A stretch of DNA of 27,066 nucleotides from Octopus sinensis (Eukaryota). The translations under genes were made by a program, and so were the position numbers. Shown one piece after another: positions 21,816 to 27,066 of the stretch (within the stretch, counting starts at the first letter, position 1; each line of letters opens with the position of its first letter). Location: contig NW_021834075.1 in NCBI RefSeq assembly GCF_006345805.1, positions 1 through 27,066 of the forward strand, written 5' to 3'. The notes beneath the pieces were generated by a model. That model made no database searches, had not been told where the DNA came from, and worked only from the letters and a program-made list of their open reading frames with translations.

Positions 21816-22179
21816 GTATGCATGTATATATCTATGTATGTACATATGCAGGCATGCATGTTTGTATGTATGCATGTATGTATGCATATATACTTAATAT
21901 ACATATATATGTAGTTATGTGTATAAACATATGTATTTATGCGTGTGTATACATATAAAATTTAATCCATAACCGTTAGTCGGACAAAATATATATTCGG
22001 TTTTATCTATGGGTCATCGGTGGATACGCAATGGGAGAAACAGGATACAATTTTTTTCGGATTATGGATTAAATATTCTTCGTTCACTCTCAGACTTATC
22101 TTTCAGAAGATTATTCCAAATGGCCGAACATAGTTTCCTTGAACTTGTCACCTACTGAAAATGTATACATTTCTCTCCT

Positions 22180-22262
<83 letters not shown>

Positions 22263-22914
22263 AAATTTATAGGACTGACCACTAAAAGTGGACAGCCTAT
22301 ATGCTAAACATAGACGTCAAATCACCATTACCACGAAGAATGTGTTCTCAAGAAAAATCTCAACAAAAAAAACAAAATGTAAAAATAATCAAGACAAATG
22401 AAAATATACGAAATAAAAAACGATTACCTATGTACCATTGGTTCCACTTGTTAATATTTACATTTATGTACACGCAAATATCTGCAAGATCATCAGCATA
22501 GTATGTCGTTTACAAAACAAAATTTCCAGAACTAGATACAGAACGCTCAGCCAAAATCCAGCATGTATAAAGTTCTACAAATTATATTTAGGTGTATCTT
22601 TCAAATGCCTTCACTTTGGCGCGCTGAGATCGGAAATTACTCTGAAGTTAATAATCATAGCAGTCAATTTACCGATTAAAGAAACTATTTTTTTTATTTA
22701 AAATTAAATAAATGTAGAAACTGACATTAATCAATTAAAACCAGTGGCTTAGCATATTTTTAAAAAATCCGAAGATTAAAAATTGTGTTACATACAAAAT
22801 TTAGAGGACTGACATTAAAAGTGTGTGTGCATGAGTATGCATATATGTATCTATATAAGTTTATACATAGAAAGAGGGAGTCAGACAGAGAGAAAGAGAG
22901 AAATTAACATGATT

Positions 22915-22972
22915 GATTGATTGATTCTAGTTTCAGCTCACGAGCTGTGGCCATGCTGGGGCACCGCCATTT
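22915..22972 (-). mobile_element. SINE 3' tail fragment related to family C
   Basis: Minus strand GGCGGTGCCCCAGCATGGCCACAGCTCGTGAGCTGAAACTAGAATCAATCAATC resembles the family C tail GGCGGTGCTCCAGCATGGCCGCAG...CTGAAAC. Confidence 0.6.
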
Positions 22973-23579
22973 ATGATAATTTAGCTAAGATAGATTCGAG
23001 CGATTTTTTAATAAATCTGTAAGTCGGAGTAAAAATATTGTTTCTAAGAATTTTATATCGAACGATCCCAAACTTATTTGCGTAAAAATCTTTGATACAT
23101 TACAAAAAAGAATTGATGATAAAAAATGAAAAATATTTTTAAAAAAGTAATCAAGATATTTCTGTAAGAAAATATATTGGCAATGTAGACGACAAGCAAT
23201 AATCGAACCGACATTGGCAAAAAAATTCATAAAGCGGAATGATATATGTCACAGTGAATTAAAAAAGGAAAGAATAGCAGATAACATATCGTACAGAAGG
23301 CAGGAGAAGGCAAGAAAGATGCATAATATATGTATATGATACTAAAATTAACTGTCTGTTTTTTTCTATTTATATATGCCACAATTTTAGCAAATACCGT
23401 TCATTACTGCGCTGAAATCTTTTAGCTAATGTACTTTAAATATACATCGTTCTTGCCTTAAATAACTACAAGTTATTTTCTCTTCTCTGAAAATCTGAAA
23501 ACGGAAACTGGTGCTGCTTACTTTATCGCCACAGGAAAGCATTTTTGTAGCTATCCAGGTAAAGGTCACTTCATTGTTT

Positions 23580-23606
23580 ATATATATATATATATATAAT
23601 ATATAT

Positions 23607-23654
<48 letters not shown>

Positions 23655-23664
23655 TATATATATC

Positions 23665-23711
<47 letters not shown>

Positions 23712-23715
23712 ATAT
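23580..23715. repeat. (TA)n/(TATG)n microsatellite
   Basis: Direct reading. Confidence 0.95.
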
Positions 23716-23774
23716 TGATTGAGGTCGGAATTAAAGAGCGGTTGGTGTGTAAAGAGTCCTTTTCACTACAAGAA

Positions 23775-23963
23775 TAAGATCTGAAATTTTGAGGGGCGGG
23801 AATTAGCCGATTATGTCGACCTGATTGATCAAACTTGTTTTAATCAACTAAGAAAGGGCGAAAGGCAAGATCCAACTCGACAGAATTTGAACGTAAAGAC
23901 GGACGAACGAAATGTCGCTAAGCATTTTGTACGTTAAGCTAACGATCATGCAAGCTCTCCACC
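23775..23963 (-). mobile_element. SINE family B (diverged)
   Basis: Plus strand GAAAGGCAAGATCCAACTCGACAGAATTTGAACGTAAAGACGGACGAACGAAATGTCGCTAAGCATTTTG is the reverse complement of the family B head and body. Confidence 0.75.
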
Positions 23964-24132
23964 GTCCAGAGCATAGGTGGGCGTTGAGACGGTCCAGGTG
24001 GGCGCTGGTGCCTAAGGGAGTGGTGGGGGCGGCAGAGTAAAAGGAGGCGTTGGGAGGAAGGCATTGAATTGGGGGATGCTATGAATTTATTATAATATTA
24101 TAGTATTGTATGCAAATTGTATAATATTATAT

Positions 24133-24512
24133 AGGAGTGGCTGTGTGGTAAGCAGCTTGCTTACCAACTACATGGTTTCGGGTTCATTCCCATTGCGTGG
24201 CAACTTGGGAAAGTGTCTTCTTATATATATATATATGTGTGTGGTGTGTGTGTGTGAAGGAAACTAAAAGAAAGCCGTTGTATATATGTATATTTTTTGT
24301 GTGTGTATATCTTTGTGTGTCTGTGTTTGTCCCCCAGCATCGCTTGACAACCGATGCTGGTGTGTTTACGTCCCCATAACTTAGCGGTTCGGCAAAAGAA
24401 ACCGATAGAATAAGTACTAGGCTTACAAGGAATAAGTAGTGAGGTCAATTTGCCCGACTAAACGCGGTGCTCCAGCATGGCCGCAGTCAAATGACTGAAA
24501 CAATTAAAAGAG
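24133..24512 (+). mobile_element. SINE family C, with internal deletion
   Basis: AGGAGTGGCTGTGTGGTAAGCAGCTTGC...GGTTCATTCCCATTGCGTGGCAACTTGGG...GACAACCGATGCTGGTGTGTTTACGTCCCC...GCTCCAGCATGGCCGCAGTCAAATGACTGAAAC. Confidence 0.92.
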
Positions 24513-24975
24513 TATATATAAATTAGTAAAATATAGAATATTTATTTATACATAAAAATAGGGGTGGAGGCGCTGAGGGAGTTATGTGGCCATGAGGTGG
24601 CCTAAAATGCCTCGGAATCTCTTTTCTAGAGTGGAAATAATATAATGAGAAATATATTGTGACACGAAAAAAATAAATAAATAAATGTGATATGTGTAGA
24701 GAGAGTTAGAATCATGACGATACAGGTTCTGGCAGAACGATAGAGGAAATAGAAAGTTTGGCCACAACTCACGAACAGTTAATTATTCTTGTGTGTATGT
24801 GTGTCAGTGTATTCACATACACACACACATACACACACAAGCATACACACACACATGCATAGATGTATGTATATATGTGTGTGTGTGTGTATATTATATA
24901 TATATATGATAGACCGTTAGCTCCTACACGCATTTGTTTCTCTCCTTGTTTCACTCCTTGTTTCTTTTCTGTGTA

Positions 24976-25015
24976 TCTTTCTGTCGAAGAGCGTAGGCTC
25001 GAAACTTAAAAAAGA
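24976..25015 (+). ncRNA. Degenerate minimal type I hammerhead-like motif
   Basis: TCTTT + CTGTCGA (A6 to U) + extra A + GAGC-GTAG-GCTC + GAAA + CTTA (ACGT-type palindrome broken) + A-run/AAAGA; it lies about 100 bp upstream of (TA)n. Confidence 0.4.
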
Positions 25016-25111
25016 CTTGTTCTATTTCTATTCCTGAGCGCCATACTAATACATTTGTTTGTTTGTACTCTACCTGCCTTCGTCTTTTGTTTATTTTCGT
25101 AAACCTTCCCG

Positions 25112-25145
<34 letters not shown>

Positions 25146-25149
<4 letters not shown>

Positions 25150-25650
25150 CGTGGTGTGAGCAAACCCCAGGAGTCACCGAAAATGAGAACTGTAAAATCT
25201 TGTAGGGTGCAATAATCCAGTGCGATCACCTGACCAGACATAGGAAATCGGGCATTGTTGTGGTGAATAAAAAAGAAAGAACATGCATGATAATCGACAT
25301 AGCGTGCCCCGGTGACAGAAAGGGTCAATGTGAAAGAAGAATGGAAAATAAACAACTACGACGATTTAAAGTGGGAAATACGAAGGTTGTGGTCAAGGAA
25401 GAGAGTAGACGTGATACCAATAGTAATTGGTGCACTTGGGAGTATCAGTACTCAACTACCATCATGACTGAAAAAAGATCGGTGCAAGTGTGAAGGTAGA
25501 ACACCTACAAAATTCAGTATTGCTTGGAACTGCAAGAATCCTTCGCAGGGTTCTTGAAGCATGACCAGTAAACAAGTGTCACTTTAGCCTGCTGGCTGCG
25601 GACAGCTGACACTTTCCATCATACCCAGCAAAATAAGCTGTGAGTTTTCA
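25146..25650 (+). mobile_element. R4/Dong-like RLE retrotransposon (family B), 5'-truncated
   Basis: ENENCKIL*...GIVVVNKKERTCMIIDIACPGD...YDDLKWEIRRLW...VIPIVIGALGSI...LLGTARILRRVLEA* plus a 3' UTR ending in (TAA)n. Confidence 0.88.
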
Positions 25651-25651
25651 T

Positions 25652-25669
25652 ATAATAATAATAATAATG

Positions 25670-25712
<43 letters not shown>
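25652..25712. repeat. (TAA)n tract shared by two retroelements
   Basis: Direct reading. Confidence 0.97.
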
Positions 25713-25714
<2 letters not shown>

Positions 25715-26927
25715 TATCTACTTCAGAAGGAAGGAAAACTGATACAAATAGCGGCAAAACACGAGCAAAACAAAAAACTGTTCTCAGTATTTAAGGAAGC
25801 CGACAAATACAAACAAGAAATCATACCACCTAATAAATATGAAGGAGAAGAAGAAGAAGAAGAAGAAGAAGAAGAACAGAAGAAGAAGAAGAAGAAGAAG
25901 AAGAAGAAGAAGAAGGAGGAGGAGAGTGGAGGAGGAGGAAGAAGAAGAAGAAGAGAAGAAGAAGAAGAAGAAGAGAAGAAGAAGAAGAAGAAGAACAACA
26001 AAAGCTATAAAACAAATGAAATCCAAACTAAAACTAGAACAGCAACGAACCATGATAAAACGATGGCAAGAAAAGCCCCTTCATGGTAAATACTGGACTA
26101 AACTAAACACAAGAGAAATAGACAAAGAAAAATCCCAGCAATGGTTGTAAGCTCAGGACTCATAGAGACAGAGGGATTTTTTATTGCAGCACAAGACCAA
26201 AGCCTCCCCACCAGAAATTACCAAAAACATGTAATGAAAAGAAATATAACAAGTAACTGCAGAATATGTGGAGATGGACAAGAAACAATAAATCATATTA
26301 TTTCTGGCTGCCCAGTCCTGGCTAAGAAGGAATATATTCACAGACATGACATAGTTGGAACCTACATACACTGGAAGCTATGCCAACATTATGAAATAGC
26401 AACAGAAAAAAGATGGTATAGGCACACACCAGAAAAGGTCACAGAAAACGAGAAAGCAACCATACTCTAGGATATGCCGATACACACAGATAGAGAAATT
26501 AAGGCAAACAGACCAGATATAGTCGTCAGAGATCATGAAGGAAAAAAATGCTTTTTAATTGATGTATCAATACGGGCAGATGACAACGTGTCTCTAAAAG
26601 AAATGTAGAAACTTTCAAAATACAAAGACCTGGAAATAGAGGTAACCAGAATGTGGAATCTAAAAATAGAACCATTCCTATCATAGTAGGTGCATTAGGC
26701 ATGATAAAAAAATATTCAGACAAATACATAACAAAAACACCAGGACTTACAAACCCATATAACATACAAAAATTGCACTACTAGGCACTGCACACATCCT
26801 ACGCAGAACATTTTCCATACAATACCCATCAGAGCATCACAACAAATCACATCACATACATAAGGCAGCACATACAGAGCTGCGCTCGGTAGTGAAGTGA
26901 AAGCACGCTATAAAAATAAAACTACTG
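25713..26927 (+). mobile_element. R4/Dong-like RLE retrotransposon (family A), 5'-truncated, pseudogenised
   Basis: WQEKPLHGKY...ETEGFFIAAQDQSLPTRNY...CRICGDGQETINHIISGCP (CCHC knuckle)...HRHD...RPDIVVRD...LIDVS...KYKDLEIEV...GALG...LLGTAHILRR; in-frame TAG at 26468-26470 and near 26607, frameshift near 26147; (TAA)n on both sides. Confidence 0.95.
25841..25994. repeat. (GAA)n/(GGA)n microsatellite inside the retroelement coding region
   Basis: Direct reading. Confidence 0.95.
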
Positions 26928-26928
26928 A

Positions 26929-26960
<32 letters not shown>
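26928..26960. repeat. (TAA)n tail/target tract
   Basis: Direct reading. Confidence 0.95.
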
Positions 26961-26983
26961 TCATAATATATAATATAATAATA

Positions 26984-27066
26984 GATATGAAATTTGGATT
27001 AAGAAATGCGCCAAAGTACCATGAAAGTAGGAAACTAGTTAAGAGTAACACATCACACGAGATAAA
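26984..27066 (+). mobile_element. Probable start of another 5'-truncated RLE retrotransposon (RT domain 6-7 region), running off the window
   Basis: DMKFGL / KCAKV / MKVG / LVKSN resembles the MEFGLDKCA...KRGK motif of these RTs, but needs three frameshifts in about 80 bp. Confidence 0.55.

Noticed and set aside
22428-22500. YADDL-like frame and a possible 54-nt phase 1-1 exon on the minus strand (CAG|...TAG|GTAATC)
   Set aside because: There is a stop just upstream, no flanking RT motifs and no partner exons; unsupported without transcripts.
23965-24080. G-rich segment with a repeated AGGTGGGCG, possible G-quadruplex
   Set aside because: The G-tracts are separated by long loops; probably a fragment of an unidentified repeat.

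Overview
AT-rich, microsatellite-saturated eukaryotic non-coding DNA with no host gene that I can confidently identify. The SINE families look like those of octopus (coleoid cephalopod), but that is recognition from memory, not a database result. Almost all ORFs in the supplied track are translations of microsatellites. The window contains: (i) about 14 SINE copies or fragments from at least four families, most with a tRNA-like head; (ii) decayed LINE fragments (two CR1/L2-like RT 3' ends and one L1/Tx1-like APE endonuclease piece); (iii) fragments of at least three families of restriction-like-endonuclease (RLE) non-LTR retrotransposons resembling R4/Dong, several sitting in (TAA)n tracts and forming a head-to-tail chain at 25.1-27.07 kb; (iv) several fold-back inverted repeats. 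The best finding is a set of type I hammerhead-ribozyme folds in short non-coding elements bounded by (TA)n: a complete canonical one at 1873-1978, a U3-A8 compensated variant at 329-372, and a decayed one at 24976-25015. They resemble the hammerheads of Penelope-like-element pLTRs and retrozymes. All alignments and folds were done by eye, so element boundaries are approximate (about +/-10-20 nt).
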